A stretch of DNA of 64,000 nt from an uncultured virus (IMG/VR IMGVR_UViG_3300037295_000360). Taxonomy: Duplodnaviria > Heunggongvirae > Uroviricota > Caudoviricetes. Position 1 is the first letter of the stretch. Each line of letters begins with the position of its first letter. Shown here piece after piece: positions 9,531 to 17,827 of this stretch. The stretch lies in IMG/VR virus record IMGVR_UViG_3300037295_000360, positions 1-64,000 of that record. One strand, given 5' to 3'. The notes below the pieces were generated by a model. That model saw only the letters and a list, made by a program, of their open reading frames with translations. It had not been told where the DNA came from and ran no database searches. The position numbers and the translations under genes are program-made.

Positions 9531-9635
9531 ACTTTAACAAAAAATTAACACTTAAAGTTTTCAAGATTAAAAGATTTTGATTATATTTACTTATAATTAA
9601 AAACAAACGTTAATTGACATATTGATAATACTAAA
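9531..9635 (+). promoter_or_regulatory. ~105-bp tRNA promoter/leader repeat (also 10540-10644 and 11841-11945; variant 6971-7048)
   Basis: Near-identical copies ending GTTAATTGACATATTGATAATACTAAA just before a tRNA. Confidence 0.85.
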
Positions 9636-9636
9636 C

Positions 9637-9709
9637 GCGAATATCGTATAATGGCTTATTACTCTAGACTTCCAATCTGGAAATGACAGTTCGATCCTGT
9701 CTATTCGCT
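9637..9709 (+). tRNA. tRNA-Gly(TCC)
   Basis: Cloverleaf, CTTCCAA loop. Confidence 0.9.
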
Positions 9710-9738
9710 CCGGGAACCTTTTTAACATTTCCATATAT

Positions 9739-10422
9739 ATGGAAAAGTTAATTAAGGTTAAACAAGCCTCAAGGCGAAAATATCATTACATCTATAAAAC
9801 TACATGTATCATTACTGAAAGGTTTTATATTGGAATGCACTCAACTGATAACCTAGAAGATGGTTATGTTGGTTCAGGTAAAAGATTATGGCATTCAATA
9901 AACAAACATGGCAAACAAAATCATGTCACTGCGATAATTGAATATTTAAAAGATAGAGATTCTTTAAAAGCTAGAGAAAAAGAAATGGTTAATGAAGATC
10001 TATTAAAGGATCCTCAATGCATGAATTTAGCGTTAGGCGGAGAAGGTGGTGCGGGTTGCATGACTAAAGAACAATTATCTAAAGGAGGTAAAAAAATGAA
10101 TGAACTAAATTGGACTGATCCTGAATTTATAAAACGGAATGCAGAAAGAAATAAAATAAGGTTAAAAGAATTATGGAAAGATCCAGAATATAGAAACAAA
10201 ATGTTAGTTTTAATAAATTGGACTGGTAGAAAACATAAAGAAGATTCTATAAATAAAATGAAAATGTCTAAGATCGATCATGGAAAAGGATCTTTAAACT
10301 CACAATATAATACATGTTGGATTTATAAAATTACAGATGAAAAATCTATTAAAATAAAAAATAATGAAATTCAATCATATTTAGATAATGGTTGGATTGA
10401 AGGTAGGAAGATGAAATGGTAA
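9739..10422 (+). CDS. GIY-YIG homing endonuclease (Seg-like, NUMOD3-type repeat) inside the tRNA array
   Basis: YIYKTT..FYIGMH..Y.GSG; GRKHKEDSINKM. Confidence 0.85.
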   Translation: MEKLIKVKQASRRKYHYIYKTTCIITERFYIGMHSTDNLEDGYVGSGKRLWHSINKHGKQNHVTAIIEYLKDRDSLKAREKEMVNEDLLKDPQCMNLALGGEGGAGCMTKEQLSKGGKKMNELNWTDPEFIKRNAERNKIRLKELWKDPEYRNKMLVLINWTGRKHKEDSINKMKMSKIDHGKGSLNSQYNTCWIYKITDEKSIKIKNNEIQSYLDNGWIEGRKMKW

Positions 10423-10468
10423 AACATTAAATAGCAATTGACTCCTTTTATTAGAGAAAGAATTACAA

Positions 10469-10540
10469 TATCTTATAGTGTAACGGTTAGCACGAATCAC
10501 TTTGAATGATTCAGTTTAGGTTCGAATCCTAATAAGATAA
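10469..10540 (+). tRNA. tRNA-Gln(TTG)
   Basis: Cloverleaf, CTTTGAA loop. Confidence 0.85.
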
Positions 10541-10644
10541 CTTTAACAAAACTTTAACACTTAAAGTTTTCAAGATTAAAAGATTTTGATTATATTTACT
10601 TATAATTAAAAACAAACGTTAATTGACATATTGATAATACTAAA

Positions 10645-10720
10645 CGAGAGGTATAGGAGTCAGGTTTATCTAGCTGCACTTGGACTGCAGATCACGTGGG
10701 TTCGAATCCCACTCTCTCGA
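10645..10720 (+). tRNA. tRNA-Pro(TGG)
   Basis: CTTGGAC loop, C1-G72. Confidence 0.9.
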
Positions 10721-10851
10721 CTAAATCTTTAAAGATTACAATACCGCAATGATTGCCGGCTACATGCATTGATCCTTAACCCATATATTCGTTTGGGGTT
10801 CTTTCGAATTGGATAAACCGGACAGTTTTCCTAGGTGATGCTAGGATATTT

Positions 10852-10934
10852 GCTCTTATGGCGGAACAGGTAGACGCACTGGTCTTAGAAACCAACGCTG
10901 TAATGGCATCTCGGTTCGACTCCGAGTAAGAGTA
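10852..10934 (+). tRNA. tRNA-Leu(TAG)
   Basis: CTTAGAA loop, long variable arm. Confidence 0.92.
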
Positions 10935-10966
10935 CTATAATGACTATTAGGAAAGACTAATAATTT

Positions 10967-11040
10967 GCTCTCTACGCATAAATGGTGGTGCGCTGGCTTT
11001 GTAACCCGGAATAGATTCAGTTCGATCCTGAAAGAGAGCT
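10967..11040 (+). tRNA. tRNA-Thr(TGT)
   Basis: GCTCTCT/AGAGAGC acceptor, TTTGTAA loop. Confidence 0.8.
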
Positions 11041-11051
11041 CTAATTTAAAT

Positions 11052-11120
11052 TAGTAATTAGCTTAAGAGATTAAAGCGTAATACGAGATTAAGATATGGA
11101 TTCAAAAAACCATATTACAT
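11052..11120 (+). pseudogene. Degenerate tRNA-like remnant
   Basis: D-arm-like TAGCTTAA..AAGC and a weak T arm; no clean anticodon arm. Confidence 0.35.
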
Positions 11121-11134
11121 AATTTAAATTAATT

Positions 11135-11205
11135 GGCCCGGTCGTCTAAAAGCAGGACATTGTACTTTCAATTCAAAAACCGGAGAGCGTTACTCCGTCG
11201 GGCTA
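11135..11205 (+). tRNA. tRNA-Glu(TTC)
   Basis: CTTTCAA loop; T loop AGCGTTA. Confidence 0.85.
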
Positions 11206-11225
11206 CTAAAAATAAGATTAAATAA

Positions 11226-11298
11226 GGGGTTGTAGCTAAAATGGATTAGCACTTCGTTTGCAACGAAAAGTATGCGGGTTCGAGGCCCGTCAGCTCCA
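11226..11298 (+). tRNA. tRNA-Ala(TGC)
   Basis: G3.U70, TTTGCAA loop. Confidence 0.92.
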
Positions 11299-11389
11299 CA
11301 CTAGTTAAGCAATTGGTCATAAACAGCAATTGTGGATATATATGTTGTTAAGGTCCGCAAAACCCTCTAGCCAACTACTGTTTATATTT

Positions 11390-11460
11390 GGTCCATTAGT
11401 ACAAAGGCAGTATACCTGGTTGTCGCCCAGATGAAAACGGATCGTTACCGTTATGGACCG
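11390..11460 (+). tRNA. tRNA-Asp(GTC)
   Basis: TTGTCGC loop, G73. Confidence 0.88.
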
Positions 11461-11546
11461 CTAAATATTTTCTATTATTGAAAAATAGTTTAAGATAAAG
11501 TTTAAGAGTAATTAACTTAAACCTAAGAACTTTGCAAGGTTCTAGA

Positions 11547-11620
11547 TTGATTATAGTGTATTGGAGCACGGGTCATTTATTGGAAAACAGGAGTAGGGTT
11601 CGAATCCCTTCAAATCAGCA
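11547..11620 (+). pseudogene. Degenerate tRNA
   Basis: D and T arms present (AGGG TTCGAAT CCCT); anticodon arm does not pair. Confidence 0.45.
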
Positions 11621-11625
11621 AATAT

Positions 11626-11700
11626 GGCGGGCGGACCGGTCGGTATCGGAGGTAGTCTCATAAGCTACATTAAATGTAGTTCGACTCTACAGCGTCGCAA
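11626..11700 (+). tRNA. tRNA with CAT anticodon (Met/fMet/Ile2 unresolved)
   Basis: CTCATAA loop, imperfect acceptor stem. Confidence 0.75.
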
Positions 11701-11763
11701 CGATGCAGTTTATATGATTCTCTTTTCATTGAGTTCTCCTCAGAAAAACTCTAAAAAAGAAAT

Positions 11764-11835
11764 GGTCTCGTGGCGCAGCGGTAGCGCAGTTCGCTCATAA
11801 CGAAAAGGTCGCAGGTCCGAATCCTGCCGGGACCA
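11764..11835 (+). tRNA. tRNA with CAT anticodon (Met or Ile2)
   Basis: Canonical cloverleaf, CTCATAA loop. Confidence 0.88.
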
Positions 11836-11946
11836 CTAAAACTTTAACAAAAAATTAACACTTAAAGTTTTCAAGATTAAAAGATTTTGATTATATTTAC
11901 TTATAATTAAAAACAAACGTTAATTGACATATTGATAATACTAAAT

Positions 11947-12031
11947 GGAATTTATCCGGGTGGATGAGGAGCTTGTTTTGAAAACAAGTAACAGGTTATA
12001 CTGTTGTGGGTTCGAATCCCACACCTTCTTC
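11947..12031 (+). tRNA. tRNA-Ser(TGA), imperfect acceptor stem
   Basis: TTTGAAA loop, long variable arm. Confidence 0.75.
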
Positions 12032-12119
12032 AAATAAAATCTTAATTATAAGTATCTCCCAAAACATTCTAAGTTATATTTAAAGGAGAGAGAAGAACTT
12101 AGAGTACTTATAATTACAC

Positions 12120-12190
12120 GCCCTTGATGCTTTAAAGTGAAGCACCTAGCTTTTAACTAGGGGAAGTAGGAGCATTACCTACCAGGGGTA
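12120..12190 (+). tRNA. tRNA-Lys(TTT)
   Basis: CTTTTAA loop; T loop AGCATTA. Confidence 0.85.
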
Positions 12191-12249
12191 CACGGATGAG
12201 ACTGTTACTAATACATAGAGCTACATATTGCTAGCATAGAATTAGATTT

Positions 12250-12320
12250 GCCTCGTTGGCGTAATGGAAGCGTAATTGTTTTACATGCAATTGGCAGTGG
12301 TTCGATTCCACTACGAGGTA
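12250..12320 (+). tRNA. tRNA-Val(TAC)
   Basis: TTTACAT loop. Confidence 0.88.
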
Positions 12321-12418
12321 CAAAAATGGGAATAAACAAACAAATGACTGCAATCCTTATTTTGTTTATAAACATACTATGAAAGTTAAATCTTGCAGGA
12401 AATAACTACTAATAGTTT

Positions 12419-12481
12419 TGCTAATGGTATTCTGGGAATACACCACATAAGTGGAGAGTAGGTTTCGAATCCCTTTGGTAA
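12419..12481 (+). pseudogene. Shortened tRNA-like remnant
   Basis: Mini D and anticodon hairpins plus a TTCGAAT T loop. Confidence 0.35.
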
Positions 12482-12506
12482 TCAAATTTAAGTTTTCTTA
12501 AAAACT

Positions 12507-12587
12507 GGGAACAGAAAGTCGTTTGGATACGGCAGCGAGACTGTAAATCTCGTCCGAAAGGGAGTGGTTCGAGTCCACCCGGTCCCA
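12507..12587 (+). tRNA. tRNA-Tyr(GTA)
   Basis: CTGTAAA loop, variable arm. Confidence 0.88.
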
Positions 12588-12674
12588 CTAAACTTTAACA
12601 TGTTAAAGTTGATTAAAACATAATGTCAACGTATTGGAATTTAAACCCCCGTTAGGCTCTGATATTATGTAATT

Positions 12675-12747
12675 GCGGATTAAGCTAATCTGGTGAAAGC
12701 GCATGGTTGAAGCCCATGAGAGACAGGATCGTAACCTGTAATCCGCA
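12675..12747 (+). tRNA. tRNA-Phe(GAA)
   Basis: TTGAAGC loop. Confidence 0.88.
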
Positions 12748-12800
12748 CAGCGTTAAAGGTAATGCTGAACGTCAAACGACAATCCGGAAAGACGGATAAT

Positions 12801-12872
12801 GGATCGGTAGCTCAGGGGCAGAGCGGATGTTTGTTAGGCATCGGGTCGAGATTTCGAAATTCTCCCGGTCCG
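12801..12872 (+). tRNA. tRNA-Asn(GTT)
   Basis: TTGTTAG loop, G73. Confidence 0.88.
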
Positions 12873-12877
12873 CTAAA

Positions 12878-12958
12878 TTGCAATGGTGGTCGCCATCGGT
12901 CTCATGAGCCGTGTTGGTAGTATATACCTGGTGGAGGTTCGATTCCTCCAATTGCAAC
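12878..12958 (+). tRNA. Atypical CAT tRNA-like RNA (vestigial D arm, long variable arm)
   Basis: TTGCAAT/ATTGCAA acceptor, CTCATGA loop, canonical T arm. Confidence 0.55.
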
Positions 12959-13054
12959 AAAATTGCTAAAAATAAATAAAAAGTGACCTGACGCCAAGAA
13001 ATGACGTCCGCAATAAAACATTCAGTGGGAGTCAACCACATTTAGCGATCAATT

Positions 13055-13194
13055 GCCCGAATAGGTACTAAGGTATATCCTTAGTGGCGAGTGGGCTAAC
13101 GATGGTTTAATATTACTGCCCGATATTCTAGATAAAGCATGGAAAGTGATTAAACATGTGGTTAGCAGGGTTGGTTCGATTCCATCTTTGGGCA
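13055..13194 (+). ncRNA. 140-nt tRNA-like RNA with greatly extended anticodon arm
   Basis: GCCCGAA/TTTGGGC-A acceptor, TTCGATT T loop, GCTAAC/GTTAGC and GTTTAAT/ATTAAAC stems. Confidence 0.6.
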
Positions 13195-13202
13195 CAAAAA
13201 AT

Positions 13203-13274
13203 TCACCTGTAGTAGAATGGTTAGCACACATCTCTGATAAGGATGAAATGGAAGTTCAATTCTTCCCAGGTGAA
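13203..13274 (+). tRNA. tRNA-Ile(GAT)
   Basis: CTGATAA loop. Confidence 0.85.
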
Positions 13275-13280
13275 CAATAT

Positions 13281-13351
13281 TCGCATGTAGTATAGGGGTT
13301 AGCACGCATCCCTATCGCGATGAAATGGAAGTTCAAATATTCCCATGTGAA
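13281..13351 (+). pseudogene. Diverged tandem duplicate of tRNA-Ile with altered anticodon loop
   Basis: Colinear with 13203-13274; loop region CCTATCGC. Confidence 0.55.
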
Positions 13352-13358
13352 TAATAAT

Positions 13359-13441
13359 AGAGAGTAAACTAGAATGGTTCTAGCACTGTTTGCTAAACAG
13401 TTGGTCCGAATTCGGATGGGGATCGTAACCTCTTCTCTCTA
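13359..13441 (+). tRNA. tRNA-Ser(GCT)
   Basis: TTGCTAA loop, variable arm. Confidence 0.85.
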
Positions 13442-13573
13442 CTAAGTACCTGTAAAGCGTTAGAGAATTGGTGCACCAATATATTATGTAGAATGGCCAT
13501 TTTATTATAGTAACGTTGTCTTAGGTTGATCAAGTTCGAATCTTGATAGACAAACTTAATACGATACTTAAAT

Positions 13574-13642
13574 TGCGATTTGATCTAGGATCGAGAATAT
13601 CTCATAAGTATTTTCAGACAGGAGCGTAACCTGTAATCGCAA
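13574..13642 (+). tRNA. tRNA with CAT anticodon, short D arm
   Basis: TGCGATT/AATCGCA acceptor, CTCATAA loop. Confidence 0.7.
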
Positions 13643-13668
13643 CGAAGATTAGTTACTAATCTCCATAT

Positions 13669-13741
13669 GGTGTTTGAAGCTTTTTAGTGAAGCGCAAGAC
13701 TGTGAATCTTGAGAAGACGGGGCAGTACCGTCCTAACACCC
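13669..13741 (+). tRNA. tRNA-His(GTG)
   Basis: G-1/C73, CTGTGAA loop. Confidence 0.85.
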
Positions 13742-13964
13742 GACATCTCCAAAATGGAGAATGACTTGGTAATGAATTTATTTCAAACAAACTCAATACC
13801 TTAAGTTGAGCTGCTAATCTACGGGATTAGTTATTAAAAATAAAAATAGTAGTGAAGCTGTATTTATATTACTTTATTCTCGCTGATTGTTGAAAAGGCG
13901 TTAGGAGATTCAGATGAGTTAGTAATATCACAGAATGCCTGAAAGACCCGAAACTATTTTAAAC

Positions 13965-14046
13965 TCCCTTTTGATGGAACAGTAGACATGTCAGACTTAA
14001 AATCTGGTGCCTTTATGGTGTGCGAGTGCAACTCTCGTAAGGGGAA
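13965..14046 (+). tRNA. tRNA-Leu(TAA)
   Basis: CTTAAAA loop, variable arm. Confidence 0.85.
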
Positions 14047-14052
14047 CTATAT

Positions 14053-14127
14053 AATCCTATAGCTTAATCGGAAAAGAGCGCTGTGCTACGAACGCAGAGG
14101 ATATAGGTTCGAGTCCTATTGGGATTT
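14053..14127 (+). tRNA. tRNA-Arg(ACG)
   Basis: CTACGAA loop. Confidence 0.9.
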
Positions 14128-14144
14128 CAAATATTAATTGTTGA

Positions 14145-14360
14145 AGTTTATGGACGTTTTGCAAGACTCGAGTTCGACTCTCGACATCTCCACTAAATTA
14201 GAAGTAATATAAGGGGATGACTGGTTTTGATTGCAATATAGGATATAAGACGAGATTGATATCAATGCAAACGACAAATTTGCCTTAGCAGCGTAGTTGC
14301 TGTTAGGTATTAACTTCCAGAGAGGTTATTTATCTACGTCACCTGAAACGAAATTCAGGA
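14145..14360 (+). ncRNA. ssrA: Circularly permuted (two-piece) tmRNA; tag ANDKFALAA at 14267-14296; outer ends approximate
   Basis: 3' half (T arm plus CATCTCC-A, ending 14192) precedes 5' half GGGGATG (14213); G3.U; TTGCAA/TTGCAA helix; tag ORF with stop hairpin. Confidence 0.88.
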
Positions 14361-14364
14361 ATTT

Positions 14365-14436
14365 GCCTCTATAGTTTAATTGGAAAAACGGATCTCTTCT
14401 AAAGATCAAACATGGGTTCGACTCCCGTTAGAGGTT
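14365..14436 (+). tRNA. tRNA-Arg(TCT)
   Basis: CTTCTAA loop. Confidence 0.9.
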
Positions 14437-14511
14437 CTAATATTAAAGAAACAGAGTAACATTTAGACAACCATTATATAGTAGAATTTAACTTAGACAT
14501 TTTCTTTAAAT

Positions 14512-14582
14512 ACTTCTCACAGGCAAGGTGCCGGTATGGTCTCCAAAACTACTACGGCTAGGTTCGATTCCTAGGGGTCGTG
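14512..14582 (+). tRNA. tRNA-Trp(CCA), imperfect acceptor stem
   Basis: CTCCAAA loop, good T arm. Confidence 0.7.
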
Positions 14583-14584
14583 CA

Positions 14585-14650
14585 ACTTTAACAAAGATTT
14601 AACACTCCGTATTTTTTAATGCGGAGTTTTTTGTTTAGATTTACATATAA
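14585..14650 (+). promoter_or_regulatory. Representative terminator+promoter cassette (about 25 related copies in the window)
   Basis: TTTAACA-N4-TTAACAC, hairpin ACTCCGTATT..AATGCGGAGT-T6, TTAGATTTACATATA. Confidence 0.85.
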
Positions 14651-14694
14651 TAATCAATCATATATTAGATGATTTTAAGACACTTAAATCTAAT

Positions 14695-15228
14695 ATGTAT
14701 AATCATACAATATCAATGAAAAAGTACACCAAAACACTAGTGCTTGACTCTAGTTACATGCCAAGAAGTATTATCACTAGTCTACGAGCATATGTCGTTG
14801 TTATTAAGGGAAACGCAGCAATCGTTGAAGAACATGATTGTAATTTTAAATTATGCAATCCAGATACGATTATAAAAAAGCCATCAGTTATTAGAGTTCA
14901 GAAGTACGTAAACACCCGACACAATAAGGTTCCGTTAACAAGGGAGAATGTATTTAAGAGGGATGGAAATATGTGTGTATATTGTGGAGATGACAATATT
15001 AAAACACTAACCATAGATCATGTTGTTCCTCAGTCTAAAGGAGGTGGAAATTCATGGGATAATTTAGTAACCGCATGTAAAAGATGCAATGGAGAAAAGG
15101 CAGATTTAAGCTTAGAAGAATTTGGAAAAGACATACCAGTGCCAAAACGACCTCATTATCTAATGCTATTAAAATCCATTGAATATATTCCAGAAGAATG
15201 GAAAAAATACATGTTTTTCTCAGTTTAA
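14695..15228 (+). CDS. HNH endonuclease (McrA-like)
   Basis: RDG..CVYCG, TIDHVVP.SKGG..WDNLVTAC..CN..K. Confidence 0.92.
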   Translation: MYNHTISMKKYTKTLVLDSSYMPRSIITSLRAYVVVIKGNAAIVEEHDCNFKLCNPDTIIKKPSVIRVQKYVNTRHNKVPLTRENVFKRDGNMCVYCGDDNIKTLTIDHVVPQSKGGGNSWDNLVTACKRCNGEKADLSLEEFGKDIPVPKRPHYLMLLKSIEYIPEEWKKYMFFSV

Positions 15229-15316
15229 ACTTTAACAAAGATTTAACAACCCTGATTTTTTAATCAGGGTTTTTTTGTTTATATTTACATATAATAATTA
15301 ATCAAAAACATACGAT

Positions 15317-15724
15317 ATGAATAATTTAAAAATATTATGGTTAGATGATTTAAGAAATCCTTACTTAAATATAGAAGGTAGAGTACCAAAGGAAGAGGGA
15401 GTTATTGAGTGGGTTTTAAATTATGAACAATTTACACAATGGATAACTAAATTTGGTCTTCCTTATTTAATATCATTCGACCATGATTTAGCCGATGAAC
15501 ATTATACTCCAGAAGAATACTGGCATGATTATCAAATAAGTAAAGATTATCAAGATGCTCAAAATTATACTGAAAAAACTGGAATGGATTGTGCAAAATG
15601 GTTAGTTGATTATTGTATAGATAATAATCAAAAACTACCAATATTTTATTCTCATTCTGCGAATCCAGTAGGTGCTGACAATATCATAGGTCTTTTAGGA
15701 AACTACAAGAGACTCTGTGAGTAA
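15317..15724 (+). CDS. Cyclic-phosphate-processing receiver-like domain protein
   Basis: LWLDDLR, ISFDHDL, TGMDCAKWL, HSANPVG. Confidence 0.8.
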   Translation: MNNLKILWLDDLRNPYLNIEGRVPKEEGVIEWVLNYEQFTQWITKFGLPYLISFDHDLADEHYTPEEYWHDYQISKDYQDAQNYTEKTGMDCAKWLVDYCIDNNQKLPIFYSHSANPVGADNIIGLLGNYKRLCE

Positions 15725-15817
15725 TTACATAGTATTTTATCAGATTGCTGAAACATTCCAGTCAACTGTCAATATAATTAAAGTATTTAAGCCTTTGGGT
15801 AAGATATAAATCAATCT

Positions 15818-16024
15818 ATGAAGAAATTATTAATAATGTCAGCATTTACTTTAATATCATGTGGTAGTGTTGAAGACCGAATAAACGATTCCAGTTACAC
15901 TAAAGAATGGCATCAAGTAGAAGGTGTAAGGTATCAGGTATACAAATACAGGAATGATGTTAGATATATTATAGTCCTAAATAAGAATGAGTCTAGATTT
16001 ATAAAAAGAAACTTAAAAAGATGA
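15818..16024 (+). CDS. Small putative lipoprotein
   Basis: MKK signal with LISC lipobox. Confidence 0.55.
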   Translation: MKKLLIMSAFTLISCGSVEDRINDSSYTKEWHQVEGVRYQVYKYRNDVRYIIVLNKNESRFIKRNLKR

Positions 16025-16746
16025 AACAGAGAATAACATTAATATCAGATACTCACACTAGGCATGGTTTAATTAATCTATTGGATCTGCCAGGTGGAGA
16101 TATCTTAATTCACGCTGGTGATTTAATGAATTCAGGCTATAATTCAAATGAAGTTAAAGACTTTTGTTATTGGTATAATTCACTAAGTCAATATGATTCA
16201 AAGATATTTATAGCGGGAAATCATGATAGATTCTTCGAAAACAATCCAGATGGTGCTAAAGGGATATATGAAGAGTATAAAGCGATTGATTATTTACAAG
16301 ACGATCAATTAACAATATATAATGATGGACCTAATGGAGATTTAACTGGAGATAATATTAAAATATATGGCAGTCCATGGCAGCCTGAATTTTATAATTG
16401 GGCATTTAATCTGCCTAAGAATGGACCTGGTTTAATGTCAAAATGGGAAGCTATTCCACACGACACCGATATATTAGTTACGCATTGTCCTCCATCAGGG
16501 ATATTGGATACTAGTGGATATCCATATAATGAACCTATGTTAGGTTGTACGATATTAAGGGAACGGGTTGATTTAATCGTGCCAAAGATTCATGTGTTTG
16601 GACATATTCATGGAAGTGCAGGATATCGATTCCTCAATGGAACTCACTTTTTTAACGCCTCCTTATTGAACGAAGAATATCAATATGCGAATAAGCCAAT
16701 AACATTTGATTGGGACAAAGAAACTAACGCCATAGAATTCATTTAA
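16021..16746 (+). CDS. Calcineurin-like metallophosphoesterase
   Basis: SDTH, HAGD, GNHD, THCPP, GHIH. Confidence 0.93.
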   Translation: MKQRITLISDTHTRHGLINLLDLPGGDILIHAGDLMNSGYNSNEVKDFCYWYNSLSQYDSKIFIAGNHDRFFENNPDGAKGIYEEYKAIDYLQDDQLTIYNDGPNGDLTGDNIKIYGSPWQPEFYNWAFNLPKNGPGLMSKWEAIPHDTDILVTHCPPSGILDTSGYPYNEPMLGCTILRERVDLIVPKIHVFGHIHGSAGYRFLNGTHFFNASLLNEEYQYANKPITFDWDKETNAIEFI

Positions 16747-16791
16747 AAATGGAAAATAAAGATATTATACACATATACAAAATAAATCAGC

Positions 16792-17067
16792 ATGAAACAT
16801 AAAGTAATAGTAACAGATCAAGGTAAAAAGGTTGTAGTAGATGAATTCGCTGAAATAAAAATGGGATATTTGTGTACAAATAAAGAAAACGCAATACTAA
16901 AAATAAAATCGTTAGTTAACACTGAAAATGGAGATATTTTAGTTAATTGTGGATGGGTAGATTTTTCAGAAAGTTGGTTAAAAGACTGTAAAAAAATCAT
17001 GTGTACTATTAATTTCTCAATTGACAAAAAAGCAGCAATAAACCAAGTTTTAACCAAATTGATATGA
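16792..17067 (+). CDS. Hypothetical protein, truncated paralog of 17252-17827
   Basis: Shared MKHKVI.T.QGK and TINFSIDK. Confidence 0.6.
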   Translation: MKHKVIVTDQGKKVVVDEFAEIKMGYLCTNKENAILKIKSLVNTENGDILVNCGWVDFSESWLKDCKKIMCTINFSIDKKAAINQVLTKLI

Positions 17068-17251
17068 CTAAATTAGAAGAAGAAAAACTAAAAAATCTTG
17101 TACCGCCAGAAGAGTTTAAAGGTTATAGTGCATACACTTACAGTATAACTAATTGTCCTTATTATAGTGGGTATATCCCAAAAAACTTAACACATGAAAT
17201 TTGTAAATTTTGTGGTTCTATTAGTTATTATCATTAAAAAACAAAATTATT

Positions 17252-17827
17252 ATGAAACACAAAGTAATAACAACATCACAGGGTAAAGTGGTTATAGATG
17301 AAACCGCAGATAGAAGTAATCAAGGGTTTTATGTAATGTTCGATACCTCATCAACTCTATTTTCGTTAATAGATAAACATACTGGAGGTTATGTGCGAAA
17401 TGACCAATGGAGTAAAATCATAGCAACAATAAACTTCTCAATAGACAAAGACATCCCGGTGATTGTTGTTGAGGATGAGGTTGAAAAATTAGCTCGTAGA
17501 GAATATGGGTCAAGTATTTATTCTATTGAGCAAGTTGAAGCTTTTAAAGAAGGTTATAAAGCATCACAGCAAAATGGTGTTTATTCAGAAGAGGATTTGA
17601 GAAAAGTTGCACAATTTGCACAAGGAGCTGAATTAACTTATGTAACAGATGAAGGTAAAGAGATTTTAATATCTAAATTCATTCAATCCCTTAACAAAGA
17701 ATACATTGAGTTAGAGACTGATTTGACACTTGGAAATGAGGAAGATGAAAATCAGAATTTAATTCCCGTTATGTGTTTAAAAACTGATAGAGTTAATGGT
17801 CAATTAATATCATATGTTAAACAATAA
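17252..17827 (+). CDS. Hypothetical phage protein
   Basis: YSEEDLRK motif; long ORF. Confidence 0.65.
   Translation: MKHKVITTSQGKVVIDETADRSNQGFYVMFDTSSTLFSLIDKHTGGYVRNDQWSKIIATINFSIDKDIPVIVVEDEVEKLARREYGSSIYSIEQVEAFKEGYKASQQNGVYSEEDLRKVAQFAQGAELTYVTDEGKEILISKFIQSLNKEYIELETDLTLGNEEDENQNLIPVMCLKTDRVNGQLISYVKQ

Noticed and set aside
12772..13231. Minus-strand ORFs in the tRNA array
   Set aside because: Antisense to tRNA genes
13905..13955. Hammerhead ribozyme
   Set aside because: CAGATGAG / CTGAAAGA..CGAAAC only approximates the CUGANGA..GAAA core, and stems I and III could not be built
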